The notes: generated by a model from the letters alone, not told the origin. A stretch of 64,000 nt of DNA from Minisyncoccota bacterium (GCA_035549255.1 DASZRD010000005.1:58-64057); one strand, 5' to 3'. Shown: positions 1 through 9,713, numbered from the stretch's first letter. A program made the numbers and translations.

Positions 1-575
1 CGGGTCTTCGCCAGGCAGCGGCGGGAACATGAGGTCAGCTCCGCTCGTAAGACCGGTCTCGTCGATCGATTCAGGTTTGGGAACCTGAAAGACGGCCGAA
101 CCCGAAGCGATCGCAATACCATTCGACTCTGAATCCGAGGATTCAGGCCGGGGCACATACGTCCGCACCTTGCAGGCAAGTTGCCAGTCGGTATCGCTCA
201 CGCTCTTGGCGCTCGTTATCTCGCATGCGGCACGGACCAGCTCTCCGGTGAAGAGGGGGCCCACAAACAGAAGCGGCTTGATGGCGATAACCACCGTACC
301 CTGGCCGAACTCCTTCACGAAGCACCCGGGCAGATAGTCGAGCGGCATCATGCCCGGTACGATCCATTCGCCCGGTTTCCGCACTTCGATCTGGCGCCGG
401 CGGCAGTATGCTTCCACCGCCCGCGCGTCGCCATGTATGAGGTTGGGATCGGCAACATCCGTAACATAGTTTGCGACAGCGATCCGGCTAAATGGGCCGA
501 GATCGAAGGTGAAGACATACCCCGGTTTCCAAGGGCAATCGTTCTGTACCGGCATGGCCGGTGCCTCGATAGTCA
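1..575 (-). CDS. hypothetical protein, possibly MaoC/hotdog-fold-like; 3' end runs off the window start
   Basis: Open frame from ATG at 575 leftward with no stop to position 1 (manual translation; absent from the ORF track because no stop lies in the window). AAGGAGG lies 8 nt upstream of the ATG. Motif DPNLIHGDARAVEAY resembles the MaoC dehydratase D-x-NP-IH-D box. The overlapping track ORFs 181..582(+) and 143..367(-) look spurious. Confidence 0.45.
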
Positions 576-747
576 TAGATAGACCTCCTTATGCTGGAAT
601 GTTATCGAGAACGACGCGCCCCTTGGCGCCCCATCCGGAAATATAATACCACACAATTTTAAAACTGCAATTTCCGCCGTGGATTACACGCTTGCGGGCG
701 TCTTAGGAAAGCGTACTCTGATAGCGGAGCTGGACACGGGAGATTGC

Positions 748-846
748 CATGCATACGGACACGCCTTCGATTGCGTTCCTGGCCGGCGCGCTCCTGCTCG
801 CCGCCTACACAGCCTTTCACTTCGGTCTGTTCCACGGACTCATATA
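748..846 (+). CDS. candidate 32-aa hydrophobic small protein (MHTDTPSIAFLAGALLLAAYTAFHFGLFHGLI)
   Basis: ATG at 748 with GGGAG 6 nt upstream, strong GC third-position bias, single predicted TM helix, and a rho-independent terminator downstream at 885..916. Too short for the ORF track. Confidence 0.25.
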
Positions 847-884
847 AGCTTTGAGCCATGTGATACCTGGATGCTCGATACCTT

Positions 885-916
885 GCCGCCCTCTCAGTAG
901 AGGGCGGCTTTTTATT
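885..916. terminator. GC hairpin (GCCGCCCTCT / AGAGGGCGGC) plus T-run; intrinsic terminator on the + strand, also immediately 3' of the rmuC stop on the - strand
   Basis: Perfect 10-bp stem with 4-nt loop followed by TTTTTATT on the + strand. Confidence 0.5.
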
Positions 917-2003
917 CTCGTCCCTCGAGCATCGGCCGCTCAACGCCGTCCAATTGTAATTCCATAGACTCTTCGGTGATCTTGAGCACATCCTTATCTA
1001 TAGAGCGGAAAGCCTTGCCCGACTTCTCGTAGTGGCCGACTGCCGCCGAGAGCGACTTGCCCAGGCTGTTGTGCGACTCTTCATACGATTTGAGATGCTT
1101 CGATAATTCAGAGACATTTTTAATAATATCCTTCGCTGCATCCTGCACCTTCATGCGCTGGAGATTAAAGAGCACTGTCTTGAGATACGCCAAGAAGGTT
1201 GTTGGTGACACGATGATAACGTTCTTCTGCTCATACGCATAAGCGATAAGATCCTTGGAATTGACGCCAACGCCCACGTCGCTGTTGAGGAGATCGTAAT
1301 AAATACCTTCGGCCGGGATAAACATAAAGGCGAACGGCAGCGTCCCTTCCTCCGGCCTAATATATTTTGCCGTTTCGTCGATGCGCTTTTTTACGTCGCT
1401 CTTGAACTCGCGGCGATATACCTCCTGGCGCTCCTCGTCGCCCTCGTGGATAAGGCGCATGTAATTCTCCAGTGGAAATTTGGCATCGATCGGCACCAAA
1501 CCTTCAGGTGTTTTAACGGCGAAGTCTACCTTCTCGCCATCGCGGAAGAGATACTGCGGCTCGTACTGGCCCGGAAGCACATTTGAAAGAATAAGTTCAA
1601 GGCTGGCTTCGCCCAAGTTGCCGCGCTGCTTTTGGTTCTTGAGGACAGCTTCAAGGTTATGGAGCTGCTCGGCAATCGTAAAAACCTGCTTGGTCGACTC
1701 CTTGGTCTCGGTAACGCCCTTCGTTACTTCAATTAACTGGTCGGAGACCTGCTTGGTGATGTTCTGCATGAGGCGCTGCGACTGATCGAACTGTCTCGAC
1801 ATCGAGTCGAACATGCGGTCAGTCCCCTCGCCGAGCTTGCCTTCAAGGTTGCGCGAGAGATCTTGTAATTGGTTTTGAAGTAGAACAAGGCTATGGCTAT
1901 CTCCGGCAGCTGACGAATTTCCTTGCTGCCTGCGCAAGAGGAGGAATATGAGCACGATATTTGCGATAACGACGACCACCAGAAGCGCGAGGATAGGATC
2001 CAT
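912..2003 (-). CDS. rmuC: DNA recombination protein RmuC
   Basis: 363-aa ORF with an N-terminal TM helix, a coiled-coil region and an RmuC-family C-terminal domain (FAFMFIPAEGIYYDLL, IIVSPTTFLAYLKTV). Confidence 0.9.
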   Translation of the reverse strand: MDPILALLVVVVIANIVLIFLLLRRQQGNSSAAGDSHSLVLLQNQLQDLSRNLEGKLGEGTDRMFDSMSRQFDQSQRLMQNITKQVSDQLIEVTKGVTETKESTKQVFTIAEQLHNLEAVLKNQKQRGNLGEASLELILSNVLPGQYEPQYLFRDGEKVDFAVKTPEGLVPIDAKFPLENYMRLIHEGDEERQEVYRREFKSDVKKRIDETAKYIRPEEGTLPFAFMFIPAEGIYYDLLNSDVGVGVNSKDLIAYAYEQKNVIIVSPTTFLAYLKTVLFNLQRMKVQDAAKDIIKNVSELSKHLKSYEESHNSLGKSLSAAVGHYEKSGKAFRSIDKDVLKITEESMELQLDGVERPMLEGRE

Positions 2004-2055
2004 TCCACTATGGTAACATTTCTGCTATGATGGCGGTACACAAATCTAAATTTAT

Positions 2056-2508
2056 ATGACACATCCAGAACTCAAGGAAGCTATTAAAGACGCCATGCGC
2101 GCAAAGGACGCTACTCGCTTAGCTGTCTTGCGCGGCATCTCTGCTGCCGCGACCAACGAAGCCGTCGCCAAGGGCAAGGGCCCCGACGGGCAGCTCACCG
2201 ACGATGAACTCATGACGGTTATTATCCGCGCCGGGAAGCAGCGCAAAGATTCTATCGAACAGTTCGAGAAAGGCGGCCGACCGGAGCTGGCAGAGACGGA
2301 GAAGGCTGAGCTTTCTATCATCGAGACGCTCCTCCCCAAACAAATGTCGCGCGAGGAAGTCGAGGCGGCAGTCAAAACCAAGGCTGCCGAGATGGGCGTC
2401 ACCGACAGGACCGGCGCCAACAAGCTCATGGGCATGCTCATGAAAGATCTCAAGGGCAAGGCTGACGGCACGATAGTGAAGGAAATCGTCGACCAATTGT
2501 TTCAATAA
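2056..2508 (+). CDS. yqeY: GatB/YqeY domain-containing protein
   Basis: 150 aa with typical YqeY sequence (LKEAIKDAMRAKD ... LMGMLMKDLKGKADG). Confidence 0.9.
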   Translation: MTHPELKEAIKDAMRAKDATRLAVLRGISAAATNEAVAKGKGPDGQLTDDELMTVIIRAGKQRKDSIEQFEKGGRPELAETEKAELSIIETLLPKQMSREEVEAAVKTKAAEMGVTDRTGANKLMGMLMKDLKGKADGTIVKEIVDQLFQ

Positions 2509-2546
2509 TCAAAAGCCTTGTGCTGTAAGGTTATCCCCAAGCTTAC

Positions 2547-2575
2547 TTGCAATTCAATTAAGCTTGTGGTATAAT
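2547..2575 (+). promoter_or_regulatory. near-consensus sigma70 promoter TTGCAA-17-TGgTATAAT (extended -10)
   Basis: TTGCAA at 2547..2552, 17-nt spacer, TATAAT at 2570..2575 preceded by TG. Downstream GGAGG RBS sits 8 nt before the ATG at 2624. Confidence 0.55.
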
Positions 2576-2623
2576 TAATGGCAGGTAAAGTTCTGCAATT
2601 CACCCCAAACGCGGAGGCCCGCA

Positions 2624-2848
2624 ATGGATCGGTATCTGGAGAAGTGGGCAAGTGGCTCGACGCCGCTCGACTACTCGCCCCATGGCGCGCCGCGGCAAGA
2701 GCCGCGACCGCCGAAAGATTTTCCTGACCCCAAGAAGGTCAGCGAAGAGCGCGATCGCAACCGGCAGTTCGCCCGGTATCGCAAGCGGGGCTTCACCCGC
2801 CGCGACATCAAGCGCACGCGCGAGATCGTCGGCGAGCGCGATGAGTAA
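2624..2848 (+). CDS. hypothetical small basic protein (74 aa, Arg/Lys-rich C-terminus)
   Basis: Strong promoter and GGAGG RBS upstream; GC3-biased codons. Its stop overlaps the next ATG (ATGAGTAA), suggesting translational coupling. Confidence 0.5.
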   Translation: MDRYLEKWASGSTPLDYSPHGAPRQEPRPPKDFPDPKKVSEERDRNRQFARYRKRGFTRRDIKRTREIVGERDE

Positions 2849-3167
2849 TCGCGCTCGCAAGCCGCACGGCAAGGTTGAGGAATTCTCGCCGTTTGATAAG
2901 GCGAGGCTCAACAACGGCGTGCCCGACCTCAATGAGCAGTTCTGCAATATCCTGCTTGTCGAGGTTGAGAAGCGCATCGCCAGGCGTGAAGAAGCCGAAA
3001 GCGCCATGGAGTTTGTTCTTGATCTCAATGGAGTTGGAGATCCAGACCGGCGCCATGCGTACAAAAGCTTCTTCGGCCACACCTGGGCCGCGCGCAGGCG
3101 CAATAGAATAAAGGATCGGGACGCGCGAGAGTTCGCCCCGGTCGACGAGGACGGTAATCAGCAATGA
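2841..3167 (+). CDS. hypothetical protein (108 aa), translationally coupled to the upstream small gene
   Basis: ATG at 2841 overlaps the preceding stop. No recognisable family. The antisense track ORF 2808..3164(-) is the alternative reading. Confidence 0.4.
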   Translation: MSNRARKPHGKVEEFSPFDKARLNNGVPDLNEQFCNILLVEVEKRIARREEAESAMEFVLDLNGVGDPDRRHAYKSFFGHTWAARRRNRIKDRDAREFAPVDEDGNQQ

Positions 3168-3183
3168 GAGCCGTCCTTTTTGT

Positions 3184-4365
3184 TTACTTGTCTTTCTTAT
3201 CGCCCTTGAGATACTTCTTCCCTTTTAATTTTTCTGGAAGATAGCTTTCTTTGTCATAGCGCTCATAGCCTTTGCCGTACTTTAAATCTTTCATGAGCTT
3301 GGTCGGCGCGTTGCGAATCTTGAGCGGCACAGGCAGGTTGCCGAACTTACGCACGTCGTCGAGTGCCTCGAAGTACGCTTCGTAGGCGCTCTTGTCCTTC
3401 TTGCATTGGCTGAGGTACGCGACGCCGTGTGCCAAGTTAATCGCGCACTCCGGGTAGCCGATCTTCTCGCATGCTTCAAAGACCGCGTTGGCGACAACGA
3501 GCGCAGTCGGCGCTGCAAGCCCCACATCCTCGCTCGCGAAGATGACCATGCGCCGTGCGATAAACAGCGGGTCCTCGCCAGCCTCCACCATGCGGCCGAG
3601 GTAGTAGAGCGCGGCGTCGGGCTGCGAGGCGCGCATAGATTTAATAAACGCGCTGATGGTATTGTAGTGCTCCTCGCCCTTTTTATCGTAGCGCAGGTGG
3701 GTCGACTGAATCGACTCTTTGAGCGTCTCGACCGTAATCTTGCCATAGATTTTGTAGGTATTCTCAAGCGCGGTGATAGCCTGCCGCGCGTCGCCGCCCG
3801 CCATGGCGATCAGCCATTCCCTCGCATCCTTCGGAAGTTTTGTTTTAAGCGCCTTGGCCGCTCGGTCGAGAATATACTCGCTGTCTTTCTCGGTAAGCTC
3901 GCCCATGACGAAGACGCGACAGCGCGAAAGGAGCGCAGGAATGACTTCAAACGAAGGGTTCTCGGTCGTGGCGCCGATGAGCGTCAGTTCCCCTCGCTCG
4001 ACGAACGGCAGGAGGAAATCCTGCTGCGCCTTGTTGAAGCGGTGGATTTCATCGATAAAAAGTACTTTCGGTTTACCGAAAGTAAATTTAATAGTGGTTT
4101 GACTGTTTTTCTCTCCTACGATGCGCTTGATATCCTCCTTACCGGAGTCGACCGCCGAGAGCTCATAAAACTCAGCATCGAGCGCGTTGGCATAAATCCG
4201 CGCCAGCGTCGTCTTGCCCGTCCCCGGCGGGCCCCACAATATAAAAGAAAACAGGTGCCCCCGCTCGATCGCTTCGCGCAACGGCTTGCCCTCCCCTACC
4301 AGGTGCTCCTGCCCGACGAAATCGTCGAGGTTTGTCGGTCGTATCCTTGACGCGAGCGGTTCCAT
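3184..4365 (-). CDS. rarA: replication-associated recombination protein A (AAA+ ATPase RarA/MgsA)
   Basis: Walker [20 protein letters not shown], and the MgsA C-terminal helical domain. Confidence 0.95.
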   Translation of the reverse strand: MEPLASRIRPTNLDDFVGQEHLVGEGKPLREAIERGHLFSFILWGPPGTGKTTLARIYANALDAEFYELSAVDSGKEDIKRIVGEKNSQTTIKFTFGKPKVLFIDEIHRFNKAQQDFLLPFVERGELTLIGATTENPSFEVIPALLSRCRVFVMGELTEKDSEYILDRAAKALKTKLPKDAREWLIAMAGGDARQAITALENTYKIYGKITVETLKESIQSTHLRYDKKGEEHYNTISAFIKSMRASQPDAALYYLGRMVEAGEDPLFIARRMVIFASEDVGLAAPTALVVANAVFEACEKIGYPECAINLAHGVAYLSQCKKDKSAYEAYFEALDDVRKFGNLPVPLKIRNAPTKLMKDLKYGKGYERYDKESYLPEKLKGKKYLKGDKKDK

Positions 4366-4386
4366 GCGGGCAGTATACTACTCCCT

Positions 4387-4950
4387 ATGGAGAGAAGCGA
4401 CGAAGAGCTCATAGCCGCTTATATCGCGGGCGAGGAAAGCGCGTTCGCGATCGTGGTCGAGCGGCATCTGAAGGGCGTGTACTCCTTCGCGCGGCGGTTC
4501 GCCGGCCGCGAGGAGGATACGGAGGATATCGTGCAGGACATCTTCCTCAAGGCGTGGAAGAGCATCCATCGCTACGACTCTGAGGCGAGCAGATTCAAGA
4601 CCTGGCTCATGCGCATCGCGCGCAATACGACGATCGACCACTTGCGCAAGAAAAAGTCGCTTCCGATGTCGTACTTCGACACCGAGGACGGCAACGTCCT
4701 GCTTGAAAATCTCGAAGACGCCTCTCCGCTCCCCGACGAGGCGTTCATGCGCGCACAGAGCGACGAGGCAGTCCGCCGGGCCCTCGAGGAGCTCAAGCCC
4801 GCGCAGCGCGAAGTGCTGCTCTTGCATTACATGAGCGGCCTCACGTTCGAGGAGATCGGCCTAGCACTAAAAAAGCCCCCCAATACCGTTAAAAGCATCC
4901 ACCGCCGGGCGCTTGTGGCTCTCCGTTCCCTCCTGCACCAAGAATCCTAA
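4387..4950 (+). CDS. RNA polymerase sigma-70 factor, ECF subfamily
   Basis: Sigma-70 region 2 (DIVQDIFLKAWKSIHRYD ... FKTWLMRIARNTTID) and region 4 (LTFEEIGLALKKPPNTVKSIHRRAL). Confidence 0.9.
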   Translation: MERSDEELIAAYIAGEESAFAIVVERHLKGVYSFARRFAGREEDTEDIVQDIFLKAWKSIHRYDSEASRFKTWLMRIARNTTIDHLRKKKSLPMSYFDTEDGNVLLENLEDASPLPDEAFMRAQSDEAVRRALEELKPAQREVLLLHYMSGLTFEEIGLALKKPPNTVKSIHRRALVALRSLLHQES

Positions 4951-4963
4951 CCCTACCGTATAT

Positions 4964-5344
4964 ATGCATATGCAAATTAGAGAATTAGACGCTCCACAGG
5001 GGCTTCTCGAAAAGACGCTTGCACGACTCTCTCTTGCCGCCCGTCGCCGCGCGCGGCTCTCATTCGCGCTCCACGGAGCCTTCGCGGCCGCATCCTTCTT
5101 GGCGCTTCTCCCAGCGCTGGCCTATGCCGGACAGCAGTTCGCCGCTTCCGGCTTCTCGTCCTATCTGTCGCTCATCTTCTCCGACAGTGGCGTGGCAGCG
5201 ACCTACTGGCGCGAACTTCTCCTGTCGCTCGCAGACTCGCTTCCCTCGCTCGCGCTTATTGCCGTATTAGTGCCCTTGTGCGTGTTTATTTGGGCGGTCA
5301 TCGCGATCCCGCGCAGTGCCCGTACGATGCTTCGATACGCGTAG
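4964..5344 (+). CDS. membrane protein, putative anti-sigma factor partner of the ECF sigma (start uncertain)
   Basis: Immediately downstream of the ECF sigma gene; two predicted TM helices; no HxxxCxxC zinc motif. The track start at 4913 is a TTG inside the sigma gene; ATG at 4964 is preferred. Confidence 0.45.
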   Translation: MHMQIRELDAPQGLLEKTLARLSLAARRRARLSFALHGAFAAASFLALLPALAYAGQQFAASGFSSYLSLIFSDSGVAATYWRELLLSLADSLPSLALIAVLVPLCVFIWAVIAIPRSARTMLRYA

Positions 5345-5374
5345 CTTTATTTTTATTTAGTATATTTTTCACGT

Positions 5375-5830
5375 ATGGACCTCAAGAATCTTGAAGACGC
5401 GCTTTTCTCCCCTACCGGCCGCTGGGTGCTCTCGGGCATCGCCGCGCTTATAGTGGCGCTCCTTATATTCCACGCGGGCATGGTCGTCGGCTACAACCGC
5501 GCATTCGAGTTCCACGGCGCGCCGCGGGAGTTCAGCGTGCGCATGGGCGGGCCGATCGGCTGGGGGCCGGATATCAGCGTGCCGACGAGCTTTATCCCCG
5601 AAGGTCACGGGATCGTAGGAACGATCGAGAGCGGCGGCTACCCCGTATTTACGATCACTGCGCCGGACGGCGACATCGTGCCGGTCATGATCGCTACCAC
5701 GACCGTCATCCGCGGCCCGCAGGGCGACGCCTCGACGAGCGCGCTCGTGCCGGAGCGGCATATCATCATCCTGGGCGATCCGGACGATGCGGGCCGCGTC
5801 AACGCCAATTTTATCCGTATCATTAAATAA
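5375..5830 (+). CDS. hypothetical membrane-anchored protein
   Basis: N-terminal TM helix then a soluble domain; GC3-biased. Confidence 0.55.
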   Translation: MDLKNLEDALFSPTGRWVLSGIAALIVALLIFHAGMVVGYNRAFEFHGAPREFSVRMGGPIGWGPDISVPTSFIPEGHGIVGTIESGGYPVFTITAPDGDIVPVMIATTTVIRGPQGDASTSALVPERHIIILGDPDDAGRVNANFIRIIK

Positions 5831-5844
5831 CCAATCCTTCCTGT

Positions 5845-7668
5845 ATGTCGTTTATCACCCGCGTCTTCGCTTCGGCAAAAAAGTTCGCGCTCGCGCACAA
5901 GATCTGGAGCGCCGCGATCGTCATCGTGCTTCTCGGCGGCGGCTGGTATGCCTACGGCAAAATGACGTCAACGACCGGCGAGACGCGCTACGTGCTCGGC
6001 ACCGTCGCGACCGGCACGGTCGTCGCCAACGTGTCGGCGAGCGGACAGGTATCGACCTCCGACAAGGTCGACCTCTCGGCGAAGGCTTCCGGCGAGGTGG
6101 TGTGGGTGGGCGTCAAAGAGGGCGACACCGTGCGCGCGGGCCAGGCACTTGCGAGCCTGGATGCGACTGACGCCAAACAGTCGCTTGAGCAGGCCGAGGC
6201 CGCCTATGCCGAAGACCAGCTGCAATTCCAGCAAGCGCAAGCGCAGGCGCCGATCGACTATCAGAACGCCCAGCAAGCGGTGACCGACGCGCAGAGCGAC
6301 CTCACCTCAACCTACAATGATACGTTTAACACCCTCTCGACCACGTACCTCGATCTGCCGAACATCATGACCGGACTTCAAAACACGCTCGACGGCTATG
6401 ACCTGAGCCCGAGCAAGTCGCAGTGGAATATCGACGTGATGACGAACCTTTTTAACAACCTTCCGGCCGGCACCGCCTATACGACGATACAGAGCTTCTC
6501 GACGAGCGCGAGCGGCGATTACGCGACCGCGCGAAGCAAGTATGATGCAAGCGTCGTCGATTATAAGGCGATCTCCCGCTATTCGAGCGGCTCCGCACTC
6601 GAGAGCCAGCTCAGCGAGGCGGTCGATACGACGACCGCCGTGGCGCAATCGCTCCAGAGCACGCTCAACCTCCTTGGCGAAGTTGTCGAACTCGGCAAGG
6701 AGTACAACGTACCGGTGCCATCCCAGGTGAGCACGATGCAGACAAGCGTGCGCGGCTACCTCTCGACCGTCAACGGCGACCTCTCGTCCCTCCTCGCGCA
6801 GCAGAAGTCGATCGACAGCGGTAAGAAGGCCATTACGACCGCCCAGCAGAATCTCACGCTCCTCAACGTCGGCAACAATAGCTCCGGGAGCAACCCGATC
6901 AGCCTCCAGGTCTCGCAGAACAACCTCACCAAAGAGGCGCAGAATATCGAGAATCTCAAGGAAGCACTCGCCGATTACACGGTCGTGGCGCCCTTCGGCG
7001 GCACGGTGTCAGCCGTAAACGCGACCGTGGGCACCAACGCCTCAGGAGCGCTCGTGAGCCTCATTACCGATCAGGAGATCGCCACGCTTTCTCTCAACGA
7101 GGTCGACGCGGCTAAGGTGAAGGCCGGCGACAAGGCGACGCTCACCTTCGACGCGATCGACGGCCTTACTCTCACCGGCACGGTCGCCTCGGTCGACACG
7201 GTAGGCACGGTCTCGCAGGGCGTCGTCTCCTACGACATCACCCTCACCTTCGATACGCAGGACAGCCGCGTGAAGCCGGGCATGACCGTCAACGCCAGCA
7301 TCATTACCGACGCGCACCAGGACGTGCTGACGGTGCCCTCGAGCGCGGTCAAGACGGTCAACGGCTCGAGCTTCGTGCAGATCTTTACCCCTCCCCTCGC
7401 GAACACCGGCGGCACGCAGGGCGTAGTATCGGAAACGCCGCCCACGATGGCGCCAGTGACCGTCGGCCTTACCGGCGATACGACCGTAGAGATTACTTCC
7501 GGCCTCAGCGCGGGCGAGCAGATCGTTGTAAGCACGCGCACGAGCAATACGACAAGCGCATCGGCAACGGCGCGCACGAGTACGACCGGGACTGCCGGGA
7601 CCGCGACCTTCAGGGCTAGTGGCAACGCAGGCTTCGGCGGAGGCGGTACCGTGTTGCGCGGGCTCTAA
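5845..7668 (+). CDS. efflux transporter periplasmic adaptor subunit (HlyD/MacA family) with a Thr/Ser/Gly-rich C-terminal tail
   Basis: N-terminal TM anchor, coiled-coil hairpin (QAEAAYAEDQLQFQQAQAQ), beta-barrel/lipoyl motifs; lies upstream of a MacB-type ABC pair. Confidence 0.85.
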   Translation: MSFITRVFASAKKFALAHKIWSAAIVIVLLGGGWYAYGKMTSTTGETRYVLGTVATGTVVANVSASGQVSTSDKVDLSAKASGEVVWVGVKEGDTVRAGQALASLDATDAKQSLEQAEAAYAEDQLQFQQAQAQAPIDYQNAQQAVTDAQSDLTSTYNDTFNTLSTTYLDLPNIMTGLQNTLDGYDLSPSKSQWNIDVMTNLFNNLPAGTAYTTIQSFSTSASGDYATARSKYDASVVDYKAISRYSSGSALESQLSEAVDTTTAVAQSLQSTLNLLGEVVELGKEYNVPVPSQVSTMQTSVRGYLSTVNGDLSSLLAQQKSIDSGKKAITTAQQNLTLLNVGNNSSGSNPISLQVSQNNLTKEAQNIENLKEALADYTVVAPFGGTVSAVNATVGTNASGALVSLITDQEIATLSLNEVDAAKVKAGDKATLTFDAIDGLTLTGTVASVDTVGTVSQGVVSYDITLTFDTQDSRVKPGMTVNASIITDAHQDVLTVPSSAVKTVNGSSFVQIFTPPLANTGGTQGVVSETPPTMAPVTVGLTGDTTVEITSGLSAGEQIVVSTRTSNTTSASATARTSTTGTAGTATFRASGNAGFGGGGTVLRGL

Positions 7669-7674
7669 GAGCAT

Positions 7675-8388
7675 ATGATCGAAGTCAAAGACATCACCAA
7701 GACCTACGGGCATGGCGACACCGCATTCCAGGCGCTCAAGGGAGTCTCGTTCTCGATCAAGGACGGCGAATTCGTGGCGATCATGGGGCCGTCGGGCTCC
7801 GGCAAATCGACTATGATGCATATCCTCGGCTGCCTCGACACGCCGACCTCGGGCACCTATGTGCTTGACGGCAAAGACGTATCGAAAATGACGGACGAGG
7901 AGCTCGCCGATATCCGCAAAGACAAGATCGGCTTCGTTTTCCAAGCCTTCAACCTCCTCCCCCGCACGACCGTGCTGCGCAACGTCATGCTGCCGCTCGT
8001 CTACGCTGGAGTCGGCGAACACGAGCGCGAGAAGCGCGCGAAGAAGGCGCTCATTTCATCCGGCCTCGCCGAAACGCATTTCAGCCACAAGAGCAATGAG
8101 CTTTCGGGCGGGCAGATCCAGCGCGTAGCGATAGCCCGCGCGCTGGTCAATGACCCCAGCCTCATCCTCGCCGACGAGCCGACCGGCAACCTCGACACCA
8201 AGACCGGCGAGATCGTGCTAGGAACGTTCCAGAAATTAAACGAGGAGCACGGGCGCACGGTAGTGCTCATCACCCACGAGCCCGACGTCGCTGAGCATGC
8301 CGAGCGCATCATCGTGCTGCGCGACGGCGAGATCGTCTCCGATTCCAAATCCCACGCGCGCCGCAGAGCGAAACATCATGACCATTAA
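7675..8388 (+). CDS. ABC transporter ATP-binding protein (MacB/LolD-like)
   Basis: Walker A GPSGSGKST, ABC signature LSGGQIQRVAIARAL, Walker B LILADEPTGNLD. Confidence 0.9.
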   Translation: MIEVKDITKTYGHGDTAFQALKGVSFSIKDGEFVAIMGPSGSGKSTMMHILGCLDTPTSGTYVLDGKDVSKMTDEELADIRKDKIGFVFQAFNLLPRTTVLRNVMLPLVYAGVGEHEREKRAKKALISSGLAETHFSHKSNELSGGQIQRVAIARALVNDPSLILADEPTGNLDTKTGEIVLGTFQKLNEEHGRTVVLITHEPDVAEHAERIIVLRDGEIVSDSKSHARRRAKHHDH

Positions 8389-9628
8389 AGATACTTTGCA
8401 AGAAACATATACCGCCCTCTCGGCCAACAAAGTCCGCTCCGGGCTGACCGTTTTGGGCATCGTCATCGGCATCGGCTCGGTCATAGCCATGGTGTCGGTC
8501 GGCCAGGGCGCCGCGAGCGGCATCCAGTCGTCGATCCAATCGCTCGGCTCGAACCTCCTTCAAGTTTCCCCCGGCGCGCAGCGCATCGCGGGCGGATTCG
8601 GCGTCTCGCTCGGCCGAGGCTCGGCATCGACGCTGACCCAGGCCGACGCTGACGCTATCGGCGCCCAGGTTGCCGATATCAACGCCGTCGCGACCGAGGT
8701 ATCCGGCCGCCAGCAGGTAACCGCAAAGGGCACCAATACCAATACGAGCGTTGTGGGCGTCACGTCCGCATATCCGCAGATCCGCAACTTGCAGATGGAC
8801 CAGGGCGACTTTATCAGCGACACGCAAAATCAGAATATCTCCAAAGTCGCGGTGCTTGGGCCGACCGCTGCCAGCGACCTCTTTGGCACCGACGATAGCA
8901 CGGCTGACGGCTTGCCTGACGGCATTGTAGGCCAGACGATACGCATCAAGGGGATGGAATTCACCGTGATCGGCATTACGGCGGCCAAAGGCGGCAGCGG
9001 CTTCAGCAATCAGGACGACACCATATATATCCCGGCGGCTAGCGCGCAGCGCTATCTTACCGGCAACTCGGGCGTTACGACGATCGATATCCAGGCATCA
9101 AGCAACGGCGCGATGGCGCAGGTGCAGGACGATGTCACGAACCTCCTCCTCGAGCGCCATAATATTTCAGACCCGACCAAGGCGGATTTCAGCGTGCTCA
9201 ACCAGAACGACCTCCTCTCGACGGTCTCGAGCGTGTCGGCTACGCTCACCCTCCTCTTGGCCTCGATCGCGGGCATCTCGCTCGTCGTCGGCGGCATCGG
9301 CATCATGAACATGATGCTCACCACCGTTACCGAGCGCACGCGCGAGATCGGCCTGCGCAAGGCCATAGGCGCCAAGAAGGCCGATATCTCGCGGCAGTTC
9401 CTCGTCGAGGCGGTGGCGCTCACGGTCGCGGGCGGCGTGATCGGGATCGTGTTAGGAGTCGGCATCGCGGTGGGCGCCAATATGCTCGGGCTCCTCACGA
9501 CCAGTGTGTCGTGGAGCTCGGTCGTGCTCGCGTTCGGTGTATCGGCGGCCATAGGCATCGCGTTCGGGTACTACCCGGCGCGGCGTGCGGCTTCGCTCAA
9601 CCCGATTGAAGCGTTACGTTACGAGTAA
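8378..9628 (+). CDS. ABC transporter permease (MacB/FtsX family)
   Basis: Internal ATG (MTIKDTLQ...) overlaps the ATPase stop by 11 nt; MacB periplasmic domain then FtsX-type four-TM bundle. Confidence 0.9.
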   Translation: MTIKDTLQETYTALSANKVRSGLTVLGIVIGIGSVIAMVSVGQGAASGIQSSIQSLGSNLLQVSPGAQRIAGGFGVSLGRGSASTLTQADADAIGAQVADINAVATEVSGRQQVTAKGTNTNTSVVGVTSAYPQIRNLQMDQGDFISDTQNQNISKVAVLGPTAASDLFGTDDSTADGLPDGIVGQTIRIKGMEFTVIGITAAKGGSGFSNQDDTIYIPAASAQRYLTGNSGVTTIDIQASSNGAMAQVQDDVTNLLLERHNISDPTKADFSVLNQNDLLSTVSSVSATLTLLLASIAGISLVVGGIGIMNMMLTTVTERTREIGLRKAIGAKKADISRQFLVEAVALTVAGGVIGIVLGVGIAVGANMLGLLTTSVSWSSVVLAFGVSAAIGIAFGYYPARRAASLNPIEALRYE

Positions 9629-9713
9629 GGTGAACTGTGCGTCGTGCAAATAGTTCCCGTAGTCATACGAAGGAGAATTATTTGCACAAATTATAGAGAA
9701 TTAAACATATATC

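Noticed and set aside
2808-3164. 118-aa minus-strand ORF (and 2600..3103) antisense to the small gene pair
   Set aside because: The strong promoter and GGAGG RBS point into the + strand genes and the minus ORF has no start-site signals. Not fully excluded; flagged in the findings.
3406-4350. 314-aa + strand ORF
   Set aside because: Antisense to rarA, which has unambiguous AAA+ motifs.
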